DNA of 64,000 nucleotides from Eledone cirrhosa (Eukaryota), in assembly GCA_964016885.1 (NCBI GenBank), contig OZ024744.1, positions 77,066,001-77,130,000 of the forward strand. The letters run 5' to 3'. Below the pieces are notes generated by a model, which saw nothing but the letters and a program-made list of their open reading frames with translations, did not search any database and was not told the origin of the DNA. Below are positions 1 to 13,742 of the stretch, one piece after another (the stretch's first letter is position 1; each line of letters starts with the position of its first letter). The translations under genes were made by a program, and so were the position numbers.

Positions 1-289
1 AACAGGAAGTAACCGGGTATAAATAGCAAGGGGCATAAATACGATGAAAATGAGACAATTTGGTGAAAAATCTTTAAAATTTGTTCTTAATAGAATTTAC
101 TGTTGATATACTAAGGAGATATTTAATAAAGAGATGAGAGGTAATACTATTATTCTTTAGAATAAAAAATAAATATATTTGTGAAAAGAGATAGCATGCA
201 ATATTACTCAAGAGAGTTAATATGAGGTATCATTACGAATAAAATAATTAGAGGAACTAATGTATATTATATATTATTATAGGGGGCAG

Positions 290-810
290 AAGTGCTGCAC
301 CCCACCGACAAGACGGCAAAAGCATTCCTCCCCGAACGGTGGCCAGTGACACCTGCTGCAGCAGCCACCCAACCTCGCGGGGCTCCTTCCTCAGACGTCC
401 CGATCTTGCGGAGGAGTTCGGCTGTACAGAGTCCAAGTACGCCTGAGGTCTCGGCATCGGTGCGAAGAGGAAGCGACCGAACAAACCCCGGTATTTGTTT
501 ATTTTACGTTCTTCTGCGAGGCGGGCTGCGATGCCAGGGTTTGTGGCCGAAGCGACTAAGTTGTAGGCAGAGAACGTGTCACAGCTGGTGGCGTCCCATA
601 TGAGGGATCTACCTCCTTCGAATGGGAAGAGGGTGATTCCATCGGGGCGCTTGCCATCTCCAAGGTCTAGGCCTGCTGGCTCCAGTTGAGATAGAAAGCC
701 AGCTGCGTCCAGGCCTCTTCTCAATATATCGTTGAGAGCAGCGTGTCGGGGGAACTGGCCTGTGCTCTGGCGACAAGACAGAGGGGCAGACCAAACTTGT
801 CAACAACCAC
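290..810 (-). pseudogene. CRE-clade non-LTR retrotransposon fragment (restriction-like endonuclease domain)
   Basis: ORF 257-724 contains LEPxGL..DGKRPDG.TLFP..G..LIWDAT..DT...AE..K..KY; RHAALNDIL upstream; frameshifted C-terminus. Confidence 0.75.
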
Positions 811-1486
811 GCAGCGGGGGGAATTACTACGGTTTCATCTTGCCAAGTGTTTTTAAAACAAATGTTCTGTAAGAACAAAATGGTAAGTGATGCAGTCAAA
901 ATTTTAAGGATTAACATCCCCCTAATTGTTCTACATTGTTAGATAACCTTCTCACCTGACCAAAAGCTAATCAGTGAAGAAGTAAACTAAATTCCTCCAT
1001 TCCCCTTTTGTCATCTGTAGAATCCCATATAGAAGTAGCTATATGTAGCGACCATTTAAATCATTAGTTTCAAAAAGAATATATATAAACTATTATAAGT
1101 ATAGGTATAGGTATCAAGTACTCTTTCGCTTGTTTGAACATTAATACGTGTAAATGTATACAGAGAAAGAGAGAAATGTATACAGAGAGGATGTAGGGGA
1201 GTAGGGGAGAGGGGGTTAGAGATGTATGTAGATTGGCAGGTAGGTAGATCTGTAGGTTAGCCAGACAGACTGACAGATAAACGGGTAGGATGGTTTGGAA
1301 CCACTTTTTGTCTGGACAAATTTCGAGCGGGAACTTAAAATTCCCGTGGCCATTGACAAGTTTACTGAGTGACATATATCAGGCGTTGAATGTAACCACG
1401 GTCACTTTGATTATTTACACTGCACTTTCTACTGGTGATATCTCTATTTTGGGAGATATCGCCAGCATTATTTTGCTTAAATCCAA

Positions 1487-1702
1487 GGGCGGTAGATTGG
1501 CAGTATCGGTAGAGGGTCGGACGCTATGCTTTGCAGCATAGAGTTACGGCCCTTTATGATCTGAGTTCGAATCCCGCCGAGGTTAACTTTGATTTTCATC
1601 CTTACGAGCTCGATAAAATAAAGCACCAGTAACGTACTGGGGTCTATTTGATCGACTTTCCCCTTCCCCCCAAATTACTGGCCTTGTGCCTATAGTAGAA
1701 AT
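1487..1702 (+). mobile_element. tRNA-derived SINE (octopod-type), full length
   Basis: B-box-like gagttcgaatccc; flanked by a ~20-bp TSD attattttgcttaaatccaa (1467-1486 / 1704-1723); related copies at 7501, 15160, 35735, 51133, 63290. Confidence 0.85.
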
Positions 1703-2499
1703 CATTATTTTGCTTAAATCCAACCCTAGTTGTGGCTTCTAATAGAGATTCAAGTGTCAGTGATGGTGCCAAACTGAAACATCAGTTCATATCTATTCAA
1801 GAGAAGGTTGAACTATTGGAAAAAAAAAAGAAAGAAAAAAAAACCCAATCTAAACTATAATAAAGTAAGAAGCGTGGGACTGCGTACGGTTTATAATTGT
1901 TTATCCCTAGGGTAAAATAAGTTGGATTACTTTGAATAAATAATGAATGAATATTACATAATGTATCTACTAAATTTTGTGGCTGTTCATTAAATATATT
2001 TTATTATTTATTTAAAGATTCACTTCTTTAAAATGTTCAAATGTCAACACTTTCGATGGCGATCGCTTAAATAAATACTCATATATTTCCGTCACTAATT
2101 TTCTCCTAATGCAGTTTATATATAATATCGTCTTTTTTTTAATGTATCATGGATTACATTACTGATTAAATAAGACAGTGTAACATAGACTTTGTTCAAT
2201 TTCTGTGTATATTGTCAATTACGATTTTATTTGATGTATCATATCTACATACATATATACTTACGTGAAATATCAATATACACACTACACATACTAGCAG
2301 AAAACCACTCGAAGGGTGGTTTTTCTGCTAGTAACAATGACGAACTAAACCATGTTTTTTTTATGTCAGTGCAATCTGTGCTATATCGGTTCATTCATCA
2401 ACTGTTTACAATGTAAAGGAACGAACGTGAAATCTTTTGTAATTCTATATACAGTCTGTTAGCTACATACAATAGTTTATACCTTTGCCTATTGATCCG

Positions 2500-2662
2500 T
2501 ATGGTGAGCAAATGGGGTCCCATGTGCTGGCCTCCCCACAGCCCTGGTGAACAGGGTGGAGAAGGCGTTTCCCCGGATGATGGTAAGGGTACGTGTGTCT
2601 GTGGAATGCTCAGACGAGCAGGCTATTCCATTGATTCGATCAACTGGAATACTCGTCGTCGG
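2500..2662 (+). mobile_element. probable SINE body fragment (second family)
   Basis: GC-richer island gtgtctgtgga.tgctcag...gagcaggct.ttcc.ttgat..gatcaactggaa, recalled from octopus SINE-like repeats; not verified. Confidence 0.35.
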
Positions 2663-2685
2663 AATGTATGTATATATGTATGTAT

Positions 2686-3125
2686 GTTCTTCTGGTTTTA
2701 TAATTTTACAAATCTTTGCCAATAGAGAGAGTCGGTTTCTAACATAGACACAAGACTCTCTCATTGGAATTTACACAACAACTAGGTAGATATGTATGCA
2801 TGTCTACATGCATGCATGTGTAGATATAGATGTTATTGTATGTGTGGATGTGGATGTTTTGAGTTGTATGTGTGCATGTGTATATGCTTTGTATCTGTAC
2901 ATGTGTATATGCAGTTATTAGATGCAAAATTTTTGGAATATTTTACATATTTTTACTGTTCCATTAATGTATTGCACTTGTAATTTCTTAACTAGTTGTG
3001 TTCTTTCTGTTCCTGTGAAGCCCAGCTTCTCAAGATTTGTATTGAGGCAGTTACGAACATATCCCAGTGCCCCAATAATCCCAGGCATAAATCTGAAGGT
3101 GTAATCAGGGTGGAGTATCTGCAGA
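2686..3125 (-). mobile_element. R4/Dong-like LINE, 5'-truncated 3' end
   Basis: Near-identical to 10347-10785; encodes LQILHPDYTFRF.P.IIGALG; 3' end abuts (TATG)n. Confidence 0.85.
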
Positions 3126-3950
3126 TTGTACAAGGCATGTGTGCTCTCTTCTCTTCTTTATGCCTGCGAGACTTGGGTCACATATCGACACCACCTTAAG
3201 CAATTGGAGCGTTTTTCTAAGATGTGTCTCAGACGGATCCATGGCGTTCACTGGAGGGACAACATCAGTGATGTCGAAATTTTGGAAAGCTCTGTGTGTG
3301 ACAGTATAGCTCTTATGCTTAAGCAAAGACTCCGTTGGAGTGGTCACCTTACTAGGATGAAGGATTCTAGAATATCAAAACAACTCTTTTATGGAGAGTT
3401 AGTTAAAGGAAAACGACCGCCACATAAACCAAAAAAGAGGTATAAGGATTCGTTGAAAGCCTCTTTGAAGACGCTAACATCTCTGCTGATACATGGGAAA
3501 ATATTGCTGCTGATCGTAATAAATGGAGAAAGACTGTATATGAGGGAAAAGTTGCCTTTGGGGCATCTCGGATCGCATACGAGAAAGTAAAGCGGGATGT
3601 GAGGAAGGGCATTACTGTTGCATTTCCAGACGGTGAAGGTCCTCCTATGGCGCTGACATGTAGCGTCTGTGCGAGACTCTGCCTAAGCAAAGCTGGACTT
3701 GAAAGTCATCTTCGTAGTCATAAAGTAAGACCAGTGGTGACTACCAGCCTGCTGTTGGAGATGCTACTCATCATGCTTGCCAAACGTGGTAGAGAATGTA
3801 AATCAGCAGGAGGGCTCAAGCGACATGCAAAAGTACCTGAAGTCCAGCCACAGCCGACTATTCCCAATCTGTTGGTTGCCGACTCTGTGCAAGACATTTT
3901 AGATCATTGGCTGGGCTAAAAAGCCACATTCGATCGCAGCGCTGTTAGTT
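3126..3950 (+). mobile_element. RTE-clade LINE 3' fragment with C-terminal C2H2 fingers
   Basis: YKACVLSSLLYACETW...QRLRWSGHLTRMKDSRISKQLFYGEL..GKR....PKKRYKD; CSVCARLCLSKAGLESHLRSH; frameshifts. Confidence 0.85.
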
Positions 3951-4120
3951 GCTATCGTGTGTGTGTGTGTGTGTGTGTATAGATATGTTTATGTGTGCGC
4001 GTGTGTGTATATATATATGTATATGCATATTATTATTTTTGTTATTATTATTATTATTATTATTATTGTTATTAATGTATATGTGTGTATGTATATATAT
4101 GTGTGTGTATATATGTATAT

Positions 4121-4159
<39 letters not shown>

Positions 4160-4160
<1 letters not shown>

Positions 4161-5944
4161 GCCCCATAATCAAGATGTCCCCAGATGTATGTGAAAGTAC
4201 AGAGGACCTCCTCAGCAGAATCAGTGAGTGCAACAAAAACAGGAGCCTATCCAACTGCATAATAGGCAGCATGGATGTGGTGTCACTGTACCCATCCATT
4301 AACATTGATTTTGCTGTGAAAAGATGTGTGGAGATGATCATTGAGAGTGAGGTGGAGTTCTGCGACGTCGACACAGACGAACTGGGCCTCCTACTTAGAC
4401 TTACCTACGACACTGACTACCTAGACAGCCATGACCTTAGATGTTTCTGCCCTAGTAGACCTATAAGAGGTAGACCCCCCACCATAACCTCAATGGCTAA
4501 AAAGACTCCCATAGGAAGGTGGATTGGGTGGACCAAAGCTATACGGACCCCCCAAAACACTGATCAGGTAAGAAAAATGGTCGCACATGCAATAGGGGCT
4601 AGTATCAAAACTACCCTAAAGGGCCACATATTTAAGTTCAATGAGAAAATCTACACCCAAAATGAGGGAGCAGCCATCGGCGTCAGCATAGCTGGCGATG
4701 TTGCCAACCTTTTCATGGTATGGTGGGAAAGGAGACTTAAAGATCTCCTTAATGAAAGCTCCATAGACCTCATCATGTACTCTCGTTATGTAGACGATAT
4801 CAATATAGTTATAAGAACACCCCCACTAGAGAGCACTAACAAGTTTGATTTAGAACGTAGCACGATGGAAAGCATCCAGCAGATAGCTAATTCCATACAC
4901 CAGAGTATAACTGTAACTATAGACTTCCCTTCCAAACACCCTAACAATAGACTACCTGTATTAGACACAGAACTCTGGATTAACACTATAGACGAGAGAG
5001 CCCAAATTCTCCACTCACACTATGCTAAACCCATGGCCTCCAAATACCTGATACTCAAAAACTCAGCAATGTCCAGTAGTGCTAAGTTTAATATTCTGAT
5101 CGCAGATTTGGTACGAGTGATGAAGAATGTGTCCAGCATGTGCGACCCAACAGAAATGGAAGGACACATCCAACACTTCATCAACCGCATGCAGTTCTCT
5201 GGCTACAACCAAAGAGACAGAGTCAGAGTATACGAAGGAGCCATGGAAAAGTATAAGACCCTCATAGAACTGGACATGAAAGGAATTTGCCCACTATACA
5301 GGAGCAAATCATGGAATAGCTTAGATAGGGCTAGACATAAGATAGGGAAGGCCACATCATGGTACGACAACCAGAGATATCAGAGTGTCATGTTTGTGGA
5401 CGCCACCCCTGGAGGGAAATTAGCTAACCAGTGTAGAAAGGCCCTGAGAAAGACCCACTTAAAAATAAAGGTGGTAGAAAAGCCAGGAACCACCATAAAA
5501 TCCCTGATCAGCAAAACCTACCCTTTTAAGAAAACCCACTGTACCAATAGGAAATGTATCATATGTAAGGTGAACCCCCGGATAAACTGTAAAACTAGAA
5601 ACGTAGTCTATAGCATAAGATGTACAGAGGGTACTTGCAGAAACACGACAACAACATACATAGGTGAGACAGCTCGTAGCATAGGTGAAAGGATAGACCA
5701 ACACTGGGGGGAACTAAAAGGACGAAAAAACGGGTCAGTACTATACGAACATGCTAGACAACATCATGACGGTAACATAGACAACATAGAAATTAGAATA
5801 ATATCTAAACATAGGAATGACCCAGCAGATAGGCAAATCAGAGAGGCCAGTGAAATAGAAATTAGAAGACCAAAGCTAAACAGAAAGAATGAGTGGAACA
5901 ACAACAACACCCAAACAAACAACACTGACCTAAGAGAAGTATAA
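4160..5944 (+). CDS. PLE reverse transcriptase + GIY-YIG endonuclease (5'-truncated, uninterrupted ~594 codons)
   Basis: SMDVVSLYPSI, GAAIG, RYVDD, LPVLD, HYAKPMAS, Cys linker, VVY..YIGETAR...ER..QH, LNRKNEW; the N-terminal YIYI of the listed ORF is microsatellite. Confidence 0.9.
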
Positions 5945-6217
5945 ATAAATAAGTAAATTAAATTAAATAAAATAAGATAAATAAATACATACACAAGCAC
6001 ATAAACACACACTAGTCACCCAGCAGACACAACACTATACACACTAGTCACACATCACACATAACACTATACACACACGCAAACGCATGCGCAAAGAAGA
6101 CAAAATAAAATAAGATAAACAAACAAGCAAATAAATAAATAAATAAATATATAGACAGACTGAACAAAAAAAAAAATGGCGTAGACATACAACACAACAG
6201 GAGGAACAATGAATATA

Positions 6218-6262
6218 ACACCACTGACGATGTTGCAGATGTGCAACGAAAGATTTATGTAA
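6218..6262 (+). ncRNA. minimal hammerhead ribozyme motif
   Basis: CUGACGA-u-guugca(gaug)ugcaac-GAAA-gauu-UA; weak stem I; same motif at 39949-39992, better copy at 47906-47949. Confidence 0.6.
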
Positions 6263-6456
6263 ACTATATATATATGTGTTTGTCTATATTGTATCTGTAT
6301 TATTTTTGACCGCCGGTCAGTCAATGGCAACATTGAGGACCGAGTAAGTTAGATCGCAGATATATATATATAAAAGACAGCGAGAAGCGAAAACCAACCA
6401 AACAGTGAGTGTGTTCTGTTATTAATTCTGGCAATATTACGCAAATATGACCCTCC

Positions 6457-6493
<37 letters not shown>

Positions 6494-6669
6494 ATTTTAT
6501 TTTATTTTTTTTTTTATTTATTTATTAATAATTTTTTTTCTCCTCGTGCAATGGCCATACTCGATAACGAGGGGGCAGCCATCATGTATGTATGTATGTA
6601 TGTATGTATGTATGTATGTATGTATGTATGTATGTATGTATGTATGTATGTATGTATGTATGTATGTCA

Positions 6670-7235
6670 CATAGTCGGGTTGCCGGCGACTAAACTGGCA
6701 ACCCCACCAAGTTTACTTGGTGAGGAGGGTGATTATGGACACCCTGCAGGACAAAAAACAAAGCCTGACAAAGGGCGGAAGAACTCATTAGAGTCAACGG
6801 CCATCCAAAAGTGTGTAAATATGTATATACATATGTACATATGTATGTATATGTGTATATACATGGGTGCATTTGTATGTATATGCGCGGGTACATAGAA
6901 ATAGTCGTGCTGGACACCCGATCGCGCGGTTAAACCACTGGGAGTGAAGGACCCCTAGCCTTTGCCAGGGCATTCTTCTAGGAGAAGGCAACTCAGGAAA
7001 ATGGGATAACTCCGATATAAAACCTGCGGCTCAGTAGTTACCGATGATGTTGATCTTTTCTTCTTTTCGGGTTATAGCTACTGTCGCTCAGAGAGTGGGA
7101 TTGGCTCAGTGCACAGTCTTTCCTCACTTTAAAAATATTTTCACGCACAGGCATTGCACGATAGAATTAATGAATAATTATTAATAATGGTATATCGTGC
7201 AATGGCCATATTCGATAACGAGGGGGCAGCCATCG
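6670..7235 (+). mobile_element. bipartite non-autonomous RTE derivative (5' UTR + 3' terminus)
   Basis: 5' hairpin-rich leader shared with 49935-50280; 3' stem-loop ggccatattcgataacgagggggcagccatc also at 6543-6583 and 50455-50488. Confidence 0.6.
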
Positions 7236-7339
7236 TATATGTATGTATATATATATGTATGTATGCATGTATGTATATATATATATGTATGTATGTATAT
7301 ATGTGTATGTGTGTATGTATATATGTATGTATATATATA

Positions 7340-7843
7340 TAAGTAGAAGGGGTATTTAATTTGTTGGAAGTCCAACAAATATAAATGTTTATAACTGATT
7401 TAGAGCACTCAACAGTTTACTGGAGTAAATATTCAATGATATTAAATAAATGGAAACTATATTTATAAAACCATATTTATTCTATTATATATATTTCAAG
7501 GGCGGTGGATTGGCAGTATCGGTAGAGGGTTGGACGCCATGCTTTGGCGTATAGAGTTACGGTCCTTGCCATTCTGAGTTCAAATCCCGCCGAGGTTAAC
7601 TTTGCCTTTCATCCTTTCGGGGTCGATAAAATAAAGTACCAGTAATACACTGGGTAATTGCTGGCCTTGTCCCAAATGTAGAAACAATTATATATATTTC
7701 AAGGGAACCAAGACACATTGGTACCCTTTCATCACTTTATCTGATGAAAGTGTACCAATGTGTCTTGTACCCTTGAAATATATTAAAGAATAAAAGAATA
7801 AATATGGTTTTATAAATATAGTTTCCATTTATTTAATATCATT
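7340..7843. repeat. foldback of Naiad-type pLTR with two opposed HHRs, interrupted by a SINE
   Basis: 7434-7735 (minus the SINE) is the reverse complement of 7741-7843; HHR cores at 7690-7735(-) and 7736-7795(+); same family as 49605, 51025, 58360, 61850. Confidence 0.75.
7501..7686 (+). mobile_element. tRNA-derived SINE
   Basis: Homologous to 1487-1702; TSD attatatatatttcaag on both sides. Confidence 0.85.
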
Positions 7844-7865
7844 GTATATATATATATATATATAT

Positions 7866-10225
<2,360 letters not shown>

Positions 10226-10229
10226 ATTA

Positions 10230-10290
<61 letters not shown>

Positions 10291-10346
10291 GTATGTATGT
10301 ATGTATGTATGTATGTATGTATGTATGTATGTATGTATGTATGTAT

Positions 10347-13253
10347 GTTCTTCTGGTTTTATAATTTCACAAAGTTTTTACCAATAGAGAGGGAGTCGGT
10401 TTCTAACATAGACACAAGACTTTCTCATTGGAATTTACACAACATCAACTAGGTAGATATGTATGTATGTCTGCATGTGTAGATATGGATGTTATTGTAT
10501 GTGTAGATGTGTATGTTTTGAGTTGTATGTGTGCATGTGTATATGCTTTGTATCTGTACATGTGTATATGCAGTTATTAAATGCAAATTTTTGGAATGTT
10601 TTACATATTTTTACTGTTCCATTAATGGATTGTACTTGTAATTTCCTAAGTAGTTGTGTTCTTTCTGTTCCTGTGAAGCCCAGCTTCTCAAGATTTGTAT
10701 TGAGGCAGTTACTAACATATCCCAGTGCCCCAATAATCACAGGCATAAATCTGAAGGTGTAATCAGGGTGGAGTATCTGCAGATTTCTCATCAGTTCTGC
10801 ATAAATATTCTCCTTTTCACTAATCTTTGATATTATATTGGCCTCTGCTGGGCAGCTAATTTCCACTACTGTGCATGTTTTCTTCTCCCTGTCCCATATC
10901 ATAATATCTGGTCTGCTATGCCTGCATTTTATTGGGGTTTTTACTGGAACATTCCACCAGTACTCTTTCATATTATGTACATGGATGTCTTCCACATTGT
11001 TGTAGCTTTTAATGTGTTTATTATCGGGGCTATCTTTTTTACGAACTGCATTGTACAGTGTTTTGGCCACTACATCATGCCTCATAGGTAGATAGTACCG
11101 CGATGACATCTTTGGACAGCTGCTGATGACATGGGTGATATCCTCGATGTTAGTCCTGCAGAGTCTGCACTTGTTATCACATCTAGGTGCTTTGCCTGCA
11201 TCCCTATCTTTTTTGTGAATCAGGTATTTCGTGCTAATCTCCTGTTCCTGGATTGCAAAAGCGTATCCTTCAAAGTGGGAGCTAATACAACGGTTATTGG
11301 TCCAAGATAGACTACTTTCCTTATCTATATTACTCTCACTCTGGAGCTTCCTGGCAACATATCCATGCATGATTTTTTGCTGATAGGCATGCAGTTTTTC
11401 ATCCATGGATTCCCTGCGATACTGCTGAGCGACATCCCTGGGTGTGAGTTTTTGATTATCCCACAGGGAATATCTCTCAAGGAGTTCCTTCCCAACTCAT
11501 GATCTTATCTGTTTCATGCAGATATACTTGCTCGAGAAACGGGCTCCTACGCTTCGAGGTTCGTAGATGTTGTCGGAGAGATATAATGCGACATTCAAAT
11601 GTTGTCTGGACTGATGTTATGCCTCTGCCTCCCTGCTTAAGTTTCAAGTAAAGGCGGTTTATGTCACTGTTGATGTGGAAGTTTCCGGTGTTGTTCAGTA
11701 TTTTTCGAGTTCCAACATCAAGTGCTTGGATTTGGTCTATCGTCCAATTGAGTATTCCAAACGTTGGTGTTAGGACAGGCACAGCAAACACATTGTGAGC
11801 CACTGTTTTGTTTTGCGCAGAGAGTTCCGATGACCAGATCTTTCTTAATCGGGTCTAGTATTCCCTGGTTACGCGTTCTTTATTACAGATACCATTATAG
11901 GATATGTCCTCATCTATCCCCAGGTACCTGTAGCAGTCCTCATCAGATATTGGTGAAACAGTTAGGCCATTGATGACAATGTTGCTAGATTGCGTTGTTG
12001 TTTTTCTCCGCTTTACAGTCATGTATAAGCATTTATCTTGGCCAAACTCCATTCCTATTTCCTTTGAGAGCGTTGTAACCAGGTCAAGATTTTTCTTCTT
12101 CCTATACATGTTCTTGGCATAGAGTTTCAGATCGTCCACAAAGAAATTATCAGATTTATCAGTGAAAATAGTCCTCCCTCTCTGTCTTTAACCTTAGGAT
12201 AGTAGCCCAAGAAGAAGACAGCCTCTCTATGGCTCTGACAATAATGTCTGGGACTTTAGCAAGTTGGAGGGCCTCTATCATCCAAGAGTGTGGAACAGAA
12301 TCGAAAGCTTTCCTGTAATCCAGCCAGGCTGTAGCCATATTCCTCCTAAGTTGTCGCACCTCCGACATCGCAGTTTTGTTGATTAGGAGTTGTTCGGCAC
12401 ATCCCCAAACCCCTTTCTTTACAGCTGCTTGTTCATCTGTGATGATGTTATTATTTTCACAGTGATCTTGGAGGAATAGGTTCAGGCAGGCTGTATACAT
12501 CTTATACATTTGGTTCTGGCATGCAATGGGTCGGTAGTTTTTTGCCAAGTGGGTGTCTTTGTTCTTGGGGACCAGTAATGTTTGTGCTAATGTCAACCAT
12601 TCTGGTATAAGTGTATCTCCCTTAAGAACTTACAGGCATAGTTGTTTCAAGGCGCTGTTCGACCTGGCTGCAAGGAAGTCTAGTAGCATGGCGACCTGTA
12701 GCACGTGTTGTTGATAACATGTTGTGTTGTGGGGGACTTACAATTAATAATATTTATCTTATTTTTACATCGCTTGTTGGCGTAATTGTTTCGCTGTGAA
12801 ATAATTTAACTCTGGGTGCATTTCGTCCCAGTGTAGCTTCATTCTATTCATATAGCCAATGGAAGGATTGTTTTTTGCCATTTTATAATAATTAAATAAA
12901 TCCTTAAGTTCGCAACTCCAAGAGAAATGCGATTTATAATTTCGGTTTCTTCTGTAGCTACAACTGAATAAAGTTTGATTACCTTCCTTGTTATTTGTCT
13001 TCGGTACTTCCTTAATTTTTTTGTTGATGTTGAGTTCAGCCTTGCTGTTTGTAGCAAATCCTTGTAAAATGAATTATGTATTTAGTCGGATATCTCTACG
13101 AATTCGAATAAAAGGTGTCTTCAGAAGGGATAGTTAGAAGAATAACCAGTTATTCAACCTGACTGTAGTTGTGGCATTACTGTCGGAAATAGTATTCATC
13201 TAAATTTAATAAATAGTCTCCCACGCCGAAATATGCGACTGATTGCGTTGACT
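10347..13253 (-). mobile_element. R4/Dong-like RLE LINE, copy A (both ends present, internal deletions)
   Basis: N-terminal RMKLHWDEMHPELNYFTAKQLRQQA (~12770-12845), RT NYRPIAC/WLDYRKAFDSVPH/DDLKLYA, CCHC + RHD + RPD..VEISCP; (TATG)n at both ends. Confidence 0.85.
10492..11406 (-). pseudogene. CCHC zinc knuckle + restriction-like endonuclease of R4/Dong-like LINE
   Basis: CRLC....EDITHVISSC, RHDVVA, RPDIMIWD, VVEISCP, KENIYAEL. Confidence 0.85.
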
Positions 13254-13328
13254 ATGTATGTATGTATGTATGTATGTATGTATGTATGTATGTATGTATG
13301 TATGTATGTATGTATGTATGTATGTATG

Positions 13329-13697
13329 ATCTTCTGGTTTTATAATTTCACAAAGTTTTGCCAATAGAGAGAGAGTCGGTTTCTAACATAGACACAAGAC
13401 CCTCTCATTGGAATTTACACATCAACTCGGTAGATATGTATGTATGCATGCATGTGTAGATATGGATGTTATTGTATGTGTGGATGTGGATGTTTTGAGT
13501 TGTATGCGTGCATGTGTATATGCTTTGCATCTGTACATGTGTATATGCAGTTATTAGATGCAAATTTTTGGAATGTTTTACATATCTTACTGTTCCATTA
13601 ATGGATTGTACTCGTAATTTCCTAACTAGTTGTGTTCTTTCTGTTCCTGTGAAGCCTAGCTTCTCAAGATTTGTATTGAGGCAGTTACTACTACTAT

Positions 13698-13742
<45 letters not shown>

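Larger units (their letters stand above)
4160..6458 (+). mobile_element. Penelope-like element family A, copy 1 (5'-truncated), with HHR-bearing 3' pLTR
   Basis: RT plus GIY-YIG ORF, 3' UTR with HHR at 6218-6262, (TA)n on both sides; near-identical to 37886-40200. Confidence 0.9.

Noticed and set aside
1487-1702. tRNA gene
   Set aside because: Only a tRNA-like head; extended body, TSD and multiple copies indicate a SINE
13200-13253. HDV-like ribozyme at the R4-like 5' end
   Set aside because: Could not build a convincing nested double pseudoknot by eye
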